Positions 18,780 through 27,995 of a stretch of DNA of 64,000 nucleotides are shown here, piece by piece. Position 1 is the first letter of the stretch. Every line of letters starts with the position of its first letter. The stretch is taken from positions 96,001 through 160,000 of the forward strand of contig CAWHFW010000004.1 of the NCBI GenBank assembly GCA_963828735.1, given 5' to 3'. Source of the stretch: an uncultured Gemmatimonadales bacterium. Lineage in GTDB: Bacteria; Gemmatimonadota; Gemmatimonadetes; Gemmatimonadales; GWC2-71-9. The position numbers and the translations under genes were made by a program. The notes below the pieces were generated by a model. It was not told the origin of the DNA. It saw nothing but the letters and a program-made list of their open reading frames with translations, and did no database searches.

Positions 18780-19178
18780 GTGGCGTTCCTGCGCCAACTC
18801 GCCGAAACCTTCGCCCAGCTTCGCGCGCACCACCGCCGGCGCTTGCCGTTCCTGATGGCCGCGGTCGAGCGCCGGCGTCCCCGCATCGCCGCCGAAGACT
18901 ACGCGGCCCGACACACCATCGAGCACACACTGGATCGGAAGGCGGATCTCCGCCGCCTGGCGCCGCTCCGCGTCGACGCGGCGGAGCGTTACGAGCAGCT
19001 CCTGGTCTTCGAGCTGACGGGTCTCCGGGAGGTGGTCGCCGCGCTCGAGGCCACGGCCGGGGGGCGGGATCTGCAGGAATGTCTCGCCGAGGTGCGGGAG
19101 GAGATTGCTCGGCTGGAGATCGAGGTAGAGTGGTGCACCGCCCTCCGGGACCGCTGGGGGCCGAGTCCGGTGCACTGA
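18780..19178 (+). CDS. Hypothetical helical protein
   Basis: GTG start; coiled-coil-like composition. Confidence 0.55.
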   Translation: MAFLRQLAETFAQLRAHHRRRLPFLMAAVERRRPRIAAEDYAARHTIEHTLDRKADLRRLAPLRVDAAERYEQLLVFELTGLREVVAALEATAGGRDLQECLAEVREEIARLEIEVEWCTALRDRWGPSPVH

Positions 19179-19266
19179 GCCGCGGCGGCTGGGGTCGGCC
19201 TCCTGTTCCTCGCCGCCCGCTCGCCCATGCCGACTGTCCAGCACCACGCACTTGTCGGGTCCCGTC

Positions 19267-19300
19267 TTGACTCGAGTTAATTAAGCAATTAATTAACCGG
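19267..19300 (+). promoter_or_regulatory. TetR promoter/operator
   Basis: TTGACT at 19267-19272; perfect inverted repeat GTTAATTAA-gcaa-TTAATTAAC at 19276-19297, 3 nt before the ATG. Confidence 0.75.
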
Positions 19301-19975
19301 ATGGCCCAGACGCCCGCCGACGCCCGCAGCCGCGATCTCATCCTCGACGCCGCCGAACGCCTGTTCGCCGCCCACGGGTTCGCCCGGACCACGATCAAGC
19401 AGATCGGCCGCGACGCGGGCGTGAACAGCGCACTCCTCTACTACTACTTCGCCGACAAGCACCAACTCTACCGCGAGGTGCTGCACCGCTTCGTCTCGCG
19501 CCTGGTCACCCGCACCATGGGGGCCGCGGGCGATGATCCCGAGGCGGCGCTCCGCGCCTTCGTCGCCGCGCAGGCCGATACCGTCGCCGGCAGCCCGCAC
19601 ATGCCTCGGCTGCTCGCCCGCGAGCTCATCGACTTCGACGCCGCCAACGCGGTCGAGCAGGTCCAGCTGATGGCGGTCACCAGCTTTCGCCGGCTGTGCG
19701 GCCTGATCGAGGACGGCCAGCGCACCGGCGTCTTCCGCTCCGACGTCGACCCGCGCTTCGCCGCCATCTCGGCCATCGCGCAGGTGGCCTACTTCTCCAT
19801 TGCCCGCCCGGCCGTCCGCGTCCTGCTCCAGGAATCGCGCGACCCCGGGTCGTCGGACGTGCTCCAGGCCTTCGCCCGCCACGCCGCGGACTTCGCGGTA
19901 GCCGCCCTCGCCGTACCCCCTCGTCGTCGGCGGCGGCGCCGCCCGACTCGCCTGCGCTCGAGGACGTCATCATGA
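19301..19975 (+). CDS. TetR/AcrR-family regulator
   Basis: ILDAAERLFAAHGF..TTIKQIGRDAGVNSALLYYYFADK HTH. Confidence 0.95.
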   Translation: MAQTPADARSRDLILDAAERLFAAHGFARTTIKQIGRDAGVNSALLYYYFADKHQLYREVLHRFVSRLVTRTMGAAGDDPEAALRAFVAAQADTVAGSPHMPRLLARELIDFDAANAVEQVQLMAVTSFRRLCGLIEDGQRTGVFRSDVDPRFAAISAIAQVAYFSIARPAVRVLLQESRDPGSSDVLQAFARHAADFAVAALAVPPRRRRRRRPTRLRSRTSS

Positions 19976-20946
19976 GGCTCCGTCGACTCTCGCTCGCCGC
20001 CGCCGCGTCGCTCGTGCTGGGCGCGTGTCACCGATCCGGCGACCGTCCGCTGCGGGCCACCGGAACCGTCGAGATGCGCGAGGTGGACGTGACCCCGCTC
20101 GTGCCAGCGCGCATCGTGCGCGTGCTGGTGGACGAGGGCTATACGGTTCACGCGGGCGATACGCTCGTGGCGCTGACCCAGTCCAACACCCAGTCCGACA
20201 TCGCCGGTGGCGAGGCGCGGCTGCGCGCGGCGGCGGCCGCGTTACGCGAAGCGCAGGCGGGGCCCCGGCCCGGTGAGGTCCAACAGGCGGAAGCCGATAT
20301 GCGCGCGGCCGAGGCCCAGGCGGAGCGGGCCTCGCGCGACCTGGATCGCATGCGGACCCTCGTGACCGATGGCACCGTAAGCCGGCAATCGTACGATGCG
20401 GCGGAGGCCGAGGCCTCGGCGACGGCCGGCCGTCGAGACGCCGCGCGCGAAGCGCTTCAGCTGCTTCGGGAGGGCACGCGTCCCGAGCGGATCCAGGCGG
20501 CCCGCGCCGAGGTGGCGGACGCCCGGGCGGCGCTCGCGTCGGCCCAGGCGGTCGCGAAGGATCTCGTGCTCACCGCGCCGGTGAGCGGCATCGTGATCTC
20601 CCGCAACGCCGAGCCCGGTGAGCGTCTCGCGCCTGGTCAGTCCGCTCTCACGATCGGGGAGGCGTCCGCGCCATACGTGCGGGTCTACATCCCGACTCGG
20701 GCGCTGCCGGCCGTCCATCGGGGCCAGCATGCCGTCGCCGTGCTCGACGGCTACCCCGATCGTCCGATTCCCGGGCAGGTCGTCGCCATCAGTCCGCGGG
20801 CGGAGTTCACGCCGCGGATCGCGCTCACCGAGGAGGAGCGTGCGGACCTGCTGTTCGGCGTGAAGGTCGCGCTGTCCGATACCACCGGGCTCCTGCGACC
20901 CGGGCTGCCGGCGACGGTCGAGCTCGAGCGGGAGGCCCCGCGATGA
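19972..20946 (+). CDS. HlyD-family membrane fusion protein (YbhG-like)
   Basis: Lipoyl-like halves, long hairpin helix, ISPRAEFTP motif. Confidence 0.92.
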   Translation: MRLRRLSLAAAASLVLGACHRSGDRPLRATGTVEMREVDVTPLVPARIVRVLVDEGYTVHAGDTLVALTQSNTQSDIAGGEARLRAAAAALREAQAGPRPGEVQQAEADMRAAEAQAERASRDLDRMRTLVTDGTVSRQSYDAAEAEASATAGRRDAAREALQLLREGTRPERIQAARAEVADARAALASAQAVAKDLVLTAPVSGIVISRNAEPGERLAPGQSALTIGEASAPYVRVYIPTRALPAVHRGQHAVAVLDGYPDRPIPGQVVAISPRAEFTPRIALTEEERADLLFGVKVALSDTTGLLRPGLPATVELEREAPR

Positions 20947-21698
20947 CCGAGCCCGCCTGGACCGACGCCGTCGTCGCGAACGGACTTCGGAAGACCTTCG
21001 GCGCGCTCGTGGCCGTGGAGGGACTGACCATGACCGTCCCGCGCGGGGAGGTGTTCGGTTTTCTCGGTCCCAACGGCTCGGGCAAGACGACGACCATCCG
21101 GATGCTCTGCGGCCTGATGGAGCCGAGCGGCGGCAGCGCGACGGTCGTCGGCTACGACGTGAGGCGGGACGCGGAGCAGATCCGCCGCCGGATCGGCTAC
21201 ATGTCGCAGAAGTTCGGCCTGTATGACGATCTGAGCGTCGGCGAGAACCTCAGGTTCTACGCGTCCATCTACGGGCTCCACGGCGCGGCCCGGCGGGCCC
21301 GGATCGCCGAGCTCGTGGCGGACCTCGGGCTCGAGGGGCGCGTCGACCAGCTCGCGGGGACGCTGAGCGGCGGCTGGAAGCAGCGCCTGGCGCTCGCGTG
21401 CGCCATGGCCCACCACCCGGCCATGCTCTTCCTCGACGAGCCGACCGCGGGAGTGGACCCCGCCTCACGTCGCATCTTCTGGCGGAAGATCCACGAGCTC
21501 GCCGCGCAGGGCACCACGATCCTGGTCACGACGCACTACATGGACGAGGCCGCGGAATGCCGGCGGCTCGCGTTCCTGTCGCGCGGGCGGCTCGTCGCCA
21601 TCGGCACCGTGCCCGAGGTGCTCGAGCAGTTCCGCCAGCCCACCATCGAGGACGTGTTCATCGAGCTGCAGCGGCGCGATGAGGGCGCGGTCGTATGA
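20943..21698 (+). CDS. ABC transporter ATP-binding protein
   Basis: GPNGSGKT, LSGGWKQR, LFLDEPT. Confidence 0.96.
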   Translation: MTEPAWTDAVVANGLRKTFGALVAVEGLTMTVPRGEVFGFLGPNGSGKTTTIRMLCGLMEPSGGSATVVGYDVRRDAEQIRRRIGYMSQKFGLYDDLSVGENLRFYASIYGLHGAARRARIAELVADLGLEGRVDQLAGTLSGGWKQRLALACAMAHHPAMLFLDEPTAGVDPASRRIFWRKIHELAAQGTTILVTTHYMDEAAECRRLAFLSRGRLVAIGTVPEVLEQFRQPTIEDVFIELQRRDEGAVV

Positions 21699-22816
21699 CG
21701 TGGCTTCGCCGTATCGCCGAGGCACCGCTCTGGGCCATGCTATGGAAGGAGCTGGTGCAGCTTCGTCGGGATCGGATGACGCTCGGCATGATGCTCGGCG
21801 TTCCGGCCATCCAGCTCGTCCTGTTCGGGTACGCGATCCAGACCGAGGTGCGACACCTGCCGACCGTCGTGCTCGACGAGTCGCGCACGTCCGAGAGCCG
21901 ACGCCTGGTCGAGGTGTTCCGGAACAGCGGCAACTTCGACATCGTGGCCCGGGTGCCGGATCGCGCCGCCCTGCGGACGGCGATCGAGACCGGTCGGGCC
22001 AACGCCGCCGTGGTGATCCCGCCGGAGTTCATGCGCGACGTGCGCCGCGGCCGCAGCGCCCAGGCGCAGGTGATCGTCGACGCCGCCGACCCGCTGGCCT
22101 CCTCCTCCGCGCTGTCGAGCGCTCAGCTCGCCGCCGCCGCGCGCGCGGCCGAGATCGCCGGGCCCGGTCCGGCGCCGCTCGACGTTCGCGTCCGGCCCTG
22201 GTACAACCCGGGTCTTCGGAGCGCGGTCTACATCGTGCCGGGCATCATCGGGGTCCTGCTCTCGCTGACGCTGGTGCTCATCACGAGCATGGCGATCGTC
22301 CGCGAGCGCGAGCGCGGCACGCTCGAGCAACTCATCGTGACACCGATCGACAAGACCAGCCTGATGCTGGGCAAGATCCTCCCCTTCCTGCTCATCGGCT
22401 ACGTTCAGATCACGGTCATCCTGGCGCTCGGCTGGATTTTGTTCCGGGTGCCGGTCCTCGGGAGCCTGCCGTTACTCTACCTGCTCAGCTTCGCCTTCAT
22501 CGTCGCCAGTCTGGCGCTCGGGCTCCTCATGTCCACGCTGGTTCGGAGCCAGGTGCAGGCGATGCAGCTCAGCTTCATGTTCCTCATGCCGAACATCCTG
22601 CTCTCCGGCTTCATGTTTCCGCGGCAGGCCATGCCGGTGCTGGCCCAATGGATCGGCGCGGCGTTGCCGCTCACCTACTTCCTCACGATTCTCCGTGGCG
22701 TCCTGCTCAAGGGCGTGGGTCTCGGCGAGCTCTGGCCCCAGGCGCTGGCCCTCGTCGGCTTCGCGATCGGACTGGTCGCGCTGAGCGTCATGCGCTTCCA
22801 CAAGACGATCGAGTAG
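21695..22816 (+). CDS. ABC-2 permease (YbhR/S-like)
   Basis: KELVQLRRD, IVRERERGTLEQL, LSGFMFP. Confidence 0.94.
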   Translation: MTWLRRIAEAPLWAMLWKELVQLRRDRMTLGMMLGVPAIQLVLFGYAIQTEVRHLPTVVLDESRTSESRRLVEVFRNSGNFDIVARVPDRAALRTAIETGRANAAVVIPPEFMRDVRRGRSAQAQVIVDAADPLASSSALSSAQLAAAARAAEIAGPGPAPLDVRVRPWYNPGLRSAVYIVPGIIGVLLSLTLVLITSMAIVRERERGTLEQLIVTPIDKTSLMLGKILPFLLIGYVQITVILALGWILFRVPVLGSLPLLYLLSFAFIVASLALGLLMSTLVRSQVQAMQLSFMFLMPNILLSGFMFPRQAMPVLAQWIGAALPLTYFLTILRGVLLKGVGLGELWPQALALVGFAIGLVALSVMRFHKTIE

Positions 22817-22843
22817 GCCGCGGGCCGTCACTATACTTCGCGG

Positions 22844-24898
22844 ATGCCGCCAGCCGGGCTCGCAGCTTCGCCTCCGCTCGGGGTGACCCTGAGCGGCACG
22901 GGAGCCCACTTCGCTCTCTTCTCGGCGCATGCCACCGCGGTCGAGCTCTGTCTGTTCGCCGACCCTTCCGACGCCACCGAGACGTTCCGGATCCCGCTCG
23001 AGCGGGACGGGACGAATGTCTGGCGCGCCGACGTGCGGGGGGTCGAAGCAGGCCAGCTCTACGGCTATCGCGTGCACGGTCCCTACGCCCCGGAGCGTGG
23101 GCATCGCTTCAACCCCGCCAAGCTGCTCATCGATCCCTACGCGCGCGCGCTGAGCGGCTCCGTGGCGTGGCACCCCTCCCTGGCGAGCCATCCCGGCTCG
23201 GAGCCGGGGGCGGCGCCGGACCCGTCCGCCGATCCGCGCGACAACGCGGGCGCGCTGCCCAAGTGCGTGGTGGTGGATGCCGCCTTCGACTGGGGTGACG
23301 ACCGGGCCCCCCGGACGCCGTGGGACCGTACCGTCATCTACGAATGCCACGTCAAGGGCATGACGATGCTCCATCCGGACGTTCCGGAAACGCTGCGGGG
23401 CACCTATCTGGGCCTGTCCAGCGAGCCGATCATCCGCCACCTGCGGGACCTGGGCGTCACGGCCGTGGAGCTGTTGCCCGTTCACCAGGAGGCGAGCGAG
23501 CCGCGCCTGGCCCAGCTCGGGCTGGACAACTATTGGGGCTACAGCCCGATCGCCTACTTCGCGCCCGACGTCCGCTTCGCGACCACGAAACTCGGCGGTC
23601 AGGTGACGGAGTTCAAGCGGATGGTGCGCGAGTTCCACGTTGCGGGCTTCGAGGTGCTGCTCGACGTGGTGTACAACCACACCGCCGAGGGCGGCGATAC
23701 CGGGCCGACACTCGCGTTCCGTGGCATCGACAACGCGGCGTACTATCGGCTGGATTCCTCGCACCCGGCTCGGTACGTGGACTTCACGGGCTGCGGGAAC
23801 ACGCTGGACGTGCGGGCGGACCCGGGACTGTCCCTTGCCATCGACAGCCTGCGTTACTGGGTCGAAGAGATGCACGTGGACGGCTTTCGGTTCGACATCG
23901 CGCCGGTGCTGGGGCGCCTGGACCCCATGTTCGACCGAGGCGCGCCGTTCTTCGAGCGCGTCCGCGGTGATCCCGTGCTCGGCGCGGTCAAGCTCATCGC
24001 GGAGCCATGGGACCTGGGCCCCGACGGGTACCAGGTCGGGAACTTTCCGTCGGGATGGGCGGAATGGAACGGCAAGTACCGCGACGCCGTGCGGCGGTTC
24101 TGGCGCGGTGACACGGGCCGCGTGAGCGAGCTCGCCTCACGCATGGCCGGAAGCAGCGACCTCTACGGGCCCCGCGAACGCGGCCCGCTCGCGAGCGTCA
24201 ACTTCGTGACCTGCCACGACGGCTTCACGCTGCATGACCTCGTGAGCTACGAGGAGAAGCACAACGCGGCCAACGGAGAGGGGAACCGGGATGGCAGCGA
24301 CTACAACCTGAGCCGCAACTGGGGCGTCGAGGGCCCCGCCACGACCACCCAGATCGCGCGGGTCCGCGAGCGCGTGAAGCGGAGCCTCCTGGCCACCCTG
24401 GCCTTTTCGCAGGGCGTCCCGCTGCTGTCGCACGGCGACGAGCTCGGCCGCACGCAGCGCGGCAACAACAACGCCTACTGCCACGACGGACCGGTCACCT
24501 GGGTCCACTGGACCCTGGACGCCGATCAGCGCGCGATGCTCGCGTTCGTTCGCCGGGTCCTGGCCCTTCGCGCGGCGACTCCGGCGCTGCGCCGGCGGAC
24601 GTTCTTTCCGACCACGACGACCGACGGCGACGGATTGACCTGGCTCCGCGCCGACGGCACCCCGATGGGCGCCGAAGACTGGGCCCACGATGGGAACCAC
24701 GTCCTCGGCATGCAGTTCGAGGGGAGCGACCCGATCCTGCTCCTGATGAACGGGGGCGGCCGTTCGCGAGCGTTCGTGCTGCCTGAGCGGCCGAAGGGCT
24801 GGTGGGTCCTGCTCGATACCGCGCACGAGGGCGAGCGGCCCGTCGAGTCGGGGCTCACGCTCGCGCCGCACTCTCTCGTCCTGCTCAGGCAACGCTAG
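22844..24898 (+). CDS. glgX: Glycogen debranching enzyme (GH13)
   Basis: FNPAKLLIDPYA, NYWGY, DVVYNHTAEG, DGFRFD, AEPWD, HDGFTLHD. Confidence 0.96.
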   Translation: MPPAGLAASPPLGVTLSGTGAHFALFSAHATAVELCLFADPSDATETFRIPLERDGTNVWRADVRGVEAGQLYGYRVHGPYAPERGHRFNPAKLLIDPYARALSGSVAWHPSLASHPGSEPGAAPDPSADPRDNAGALPKCVVVDAAFDWGDDRAPRTPWDRTVIYECHVKGMTMLHPDVPETLRGTYLGLSSEPIIRHLRDLGVTAVELLPVHQEASEPRLAQLGLDNYWGYSPIAYFAPDVRFATTKLGGQVTEFKRMVREFHVAGFEVLLDVVYNHTAEGGDTGPTLAFRGIDNAAYYRLDSSHPARYVDFTGCGNTLDVRADPGLSLAIDSLRYWVEEMHVDGFRFDIAPVLGRLDPMFDRGAPFFERVRGDPVLGAVKLIAEPWDLGPDGYQVGNFPSGWAEWNGKYRDAVRRFWRGDTGRVSELASRMAGSSDLYGPRERGPLASVNFVTCHDGFTLHDLVSYEEKHNAANGEGNRDGSDYNLSRNWGVEGPATTTQIARVRERVKRSLLATLAFSQGVPLLSHGDELGRTQRGNNNAYCHDGPVTWVHWTLDADQRAMLAFVRRVLALRAATPALRRRTFFPTTTTDGDGLTWLRADGTPMGAEDWAHDGNHVLGMQFEGSDPILLLMNGGGRSRAFVLPERPKGWWVLLDTAHEGERPVESGLTLAPHSLVLLRQR

Positions 24899-24907
24899 GA
24901 GCTCGCC

Positions 24908-25714
24908 ATGCGTCTCGATCCCGTCTCTCCGGGCGCCCGCGTCCGCCTCACCGACGCCGGCGCGGCGGCGCCGCGCGGCGCGCCGTCGGAGGAAGCAGCC
25001 CGCGCGCAGCTCGCGAAGCTCACCGATCGGATGGACGAGCGGCAGGAGGCTCTGTTCGCCGAGGGGAGGCGGGGCCTGCTCGTCGTGCTCCAGGGGCGGG
25101 ATACCTCGGGCAAGGACGGCACGATCCGGAAGGTCTTCGGGCCGTTGGATCCCCAGGGCGTCGTCGTTACCGGTTTCAAGGTGCCCACCTCGCTCGAGCT
25201 GGCGCACGACTTTCTCTGGCGGGTGCATCTCGCGATGCCGCCCCGGGGCACGATCGGGATCTTCAACCGCTCGCACTACGAGGATGTGCTCGTGGTTCGG
25301 GTCCATGGGCTCGTGCCGGAATCCGTCTGGCGGCCGCGCTACGAGCAGATCAACATGTTTGAGCGCATCCTCACGGAGAACGGCGTCACCATCCTCAAGT
25401 TCTTCCTGCACATCTCCCGGGAGGAGCAGCGCGAGCGCCTCCGGGCGCGGCTGGAGGAGTCCCGGAAGTATTGGAAGTTTTCGGCTGGAGACTTGGGCGA
25501 GCGCGACAGGTGGGACGAGTACACGGCGGCGTACGAGGAGGCGCTGCGGCGCACCAGCACCGCGGCCGCCCCGTGGTACGTCGTGCCGGCCGACAAGAAA
25601 TATCTCCGCGACCTCCTGGTGGCCCAGGTCGTCGCGGAGACGCTCGAACGGATGGATCCGAAGTACCCCGGCCCGCCGAAGAACCTCAGAGCGTTGAAGG
25701 CTCGCCTGCGCTGA
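24908..25714 (+). CDS. Polyphosphate kinase 2 family protein (class III-like)
   Basis: QGRDTSGKDGTI, FNRSHYEDVL, KFFLHIS. Confidence 0.94.
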   Translation: MRLDPVSPGARVRLTDAGAAAPRGAPSEEAARAQLAKLTDRMDERQEALFAEGRRGLLVVLQGRDTSGKDGTIRKVFGPLDPQGVVVTGFKVPTSLELAHDFLWRVHLAMPPRGTIGIFNRSHYEDVLVVRVHGLVPESVWRPRYEQINMFERILTENGVTILKFFLHISREEQRERLRARLEESRKYWKFSAGDLGERDRWDEYTAAYEEALRRTSTAAAPWYVVPADKKYLRDLLVAQVVAETLERMDPKYPGPPKNLRALKARLR

Positions 25715-25717
25715 CGG

Positions 25718-26185
25718 TCAGTTGTTGCCGTCCGGGCCCACGATGATGAACGTGAGCGTGCCTCCCACGTTGGTGAACGGCAGCTTGTTGCCCAGCGCGT
25801 TCTCCAAGGCATGCTGCAGCCTCGCGTCGGTGGACGACACGACGACTCCCACCTGCATGCCCGCCGTCGTGCCGCCGTTGGCGGGCACGAAGTTTTCCCA
25901 GTCGAGCGTATAGGCGTTTCGCTGGAAGGTGAAGCCGGTCGGCAGGTAGGCCGCGAGCCCCGGCGGTATCACGCCCGGGCCGACTTCGGCCGGCCACTTT
26001 CCGGTCTCGTACCACGCGCCGTAGGCGGCGATGCGGACTGCCTGCAAGTCCCCCGCGGCCTGCGCCGCGCGGGCGCGGTGGGTCAGGTCGACGTACTTGA
26101 GGATCGCCAGCGAGGCGAGCAGGCCGAGCACGATCAGGACGGTCAGCAGCTCGACGAACGTGAAACCGGCGCGTCGGCGGATCAT
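25718..26185 (-). CDS. Prepilin-type N-methylation (type II/IV pilin-like) protein
   Basis: RRAG|FTFVELL class III signal with E5. Confidence 0.9.
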   Translation of the reverse strand: MIRRRAGFTFVELLTVLIVLGLLASLAILKYVDLTHRARAAQAAGDLQAVRIAAYGAWYETGKWPAEVGPGVIPPGLAAYLPTGFTFQRNAYTLDWENFVPANGGTTAGMQVGVVVSSTDARLQHALENALGNKLPFTNVGGTLTFIIVGPDGNN

Positions 26186-26685
26186 TGCGATCTCCGCGAG
26201 ATCACCTTGAAACTGTTCCCGACGAACCGGCTCAGCGGCTCGTTCGAGTCGTACGAGATGCGCACGTCGCCCACGTCGGCGTGGAGCTTGTAGGTGCTGC
26301 TGGCGGGCTCGTATTCGAGGCCGCTCTCGTGGGCCCCGGCTTCCGCCAGCGTCGACGGCAGGCGGCCGGTGCGTTGGCGGAAGCGCTCGACGTGTTGGGC
26401 GGCGTTCGCGACGCTGATTCGCAGGCTGGCCTCGCGCACCGCGACCGACTCGGGGGTCGCCGGGGCGGGGAAGACCCAGTCCGGGCGCTCGACGTACAGA
26501 TAGACGCCGACGAAGACGAGGACCGTGGTGCAGACGAGCATCAGGAGACGTGAGCCGCCGTGGCCTCGCCGCGCTTCGGCTTCGGCCCGGCGCGCTTCCC
26601 GCTCCTCCGCCTGCGTCTTGAGGACGCTATCGAAGGCCTCGAGCAGCGCCTTCTTTTCCGGAGTGTTGTTGGGGGATTGGGTCAT
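26182..26685 (-). CDS. Hypothetical bitopic membrane protein with pseudopilin-like helix
   Basis: One TM segment; VERFRQRTGRLPSTL resembles the GspG-type helix motif; overlaps the pilin gene. Confidence 0.7.
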   Translation of the reverse strand: MTQSPNNTPEKKALLEAFDSVLKTQAEEREARRAEAEARRGHGGSRLLMLVCTTVLVFVGVYLYVERPDWVFPAPATPESVAVREASLRISVANAAQHVERFRQRTGRLPSTLAEAGAHESGLEYEPASSTYKLHADVGDVRISYDSNEPLSRFVGNSFKVISRRSQ

Positions 26686-26797
26686 CGTCGCTGCTCCCGT
26701 CGTGGATCAGTGCGGCGCGACACCGCAGGGCCCTGGCCCGCTGGACCGGGACCGTCTTCGACCGTCACCATCTCACGTATGAGACACGGTTCCACGG

Positions 26798-26812
26798 GCA
26801 AGAAGCACGCCA
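26798..26812 (-). promoter_or_regulatory. Putative sigma54 (-24/-12) promoter
   Basis: Minus strand TGGCGTGCTTCTTGC = GG-N10-GC, close to TGGCAC-N5-TTGC. Confidence 0.55.
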
Positions 26813-27029
26813 GTGACGGGTCGGTCGACGATCCGGCGGTGCGGGAGTCCGGCGGCCGACCCGTCGGCAAGTATTTGCACGGCCAACTCTTGTCGCTCGA
26901 GTCGGGGCAAGCACCGGCTGGGTGAGCCAGCGGGTCTCCCTCGCTCAGATGCGAGGGTCCCATTCGCCTAGGCCCAAGGCTTTTTCCTCGCTCTCGCCGT
27001 GCTGTGCGGTGAGCACGATGAGGGTTCCG

Positions 27030-27058
27030 TTGAGAATCGGTCGTCATCTCGGTACAAT
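27030..27058 (+). promoter_or_regulatory. Sigma70 promoter of tyrA-aroA-cmk
   Basis: TTGAGA-N17-TACAAT. Confidence 0.7.
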
Positions 27059-27143
27059 GCGGGCCGACCTCATGGTTCACACATCGGCCGGCCGCTGCCT
27101 TCGAGCGGCAGTACTCTCCGTGACCTCCTCGAGCGGAAACTGA

Positions 27144-27995
27144 TTGGTGCGTCCGTCGTCGCTGTCGGTGATCGGCCTGGGCGCCATCGGCGGGTCACTG
27201 GCCTGGCAGGCGCGCCTCGCGGGCGTGCCGCGAGTGGTCGGGTTCTCGCCCTCGCGCTCAGATGCCGTGCAGGCGCTGCGGTCCTCCGCGGTCACCGAGT
27301 TGGCCGACTCGGCGGTGAAGGCGGTGCGCGCGTCCGAGCTGGTGGTGCTCGCGGTGCCGGCCCGGGTCACGTTGGATCTGATCGGTCGTGTGGGCGCCGC
27401 CCTCGAGCCGGGCGCGGTCCTGACGGACGTCTGCAGCGTGAAGAGTCCGGTCGTGGCGCGGGCGGTTTCGGAAGGGCTAGGCGATCGGTTCGCCGGCGGG
27501 CACCCGCTCGCCGGCACGCACGCCTCGGGGTTCGCGGCCGCGCGGCCCGACCGACTGCGCGGCTGCGTGGTGTACGTCTGCGAGACGGGAGCGTCGGGCG
27601 GCGACGCGGCGGCACGGCGAGTGATGAGCTTCTGGCAGCAGGTGCTGGAGGCGCAGGCCGTGCTCATCGACGCCGCCGCTCACGATCGCCAGCTCGCGTG
27701 GACCAGTCATCTCCCACAGGCCATTGCCTCGGCACTCGCCAAGACGCTCGCGGACCGCGGTCTGGCCGGCGTGTCGTTCGGCCCCGGCGCCCGCGACACG
27801 ACACGGCTCGCCGGAAGCAGTCCCGACATGTGGCTCGACATCCTGCTCTACAATCGTGCCGAGGTCGCGGACGCGCTCAGGGCGACGGAAGCGAGCGTCG
27901 CCGAGCTCCGCCGTCTCCTCGACACGGCGGACGCCGACGGGCTCCGCGCCTACCTCACTGCCGCCCAGCGATTCCGCGAGGGCCTGGACCGATGA
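27144..27995 (+). CDS. tyrA: Prephenate/arogenate dehydrogenase (start TTG 27144 or GTG 27147)
   Basis: IGLGAIGGSLA, TDVCSVK, GHPLAG, HD...SHLPQ, DTTRLA. Confidence 0.93.
   Translation: MVRPSSLSVIGLGAIGGSLAWQARLAGVPRVVGFSPSRSDAVQALRSSAVTELADSAVKAVRASELVVLAVPARVTLDLIGRVGAALEPGAVLTDVCSVKSPVVARAVSEGLGDRFAGGHPLAGTHASGFAAARPDRLRGCVVYVCETGASGGDAAARRVMSFWQQVLEAQAVLIDAAAHDRQLAWTSHLPQAIASALAKTLADRGLAGVSFGPGARDTTRLAGSSPDMWLDILLYNRAEVADALRATEASVAELRRLLDTADADGLRAYLTAAQRFREGLDR

Noticed and set aside
26999..27991. 754-aa ORF suggesting an N-terminally extended or fused AroA
   Set aside because: The extension is an Arg/Gly-rich off-frame reading of tyrA; AroA homology starts at ATG 27992.
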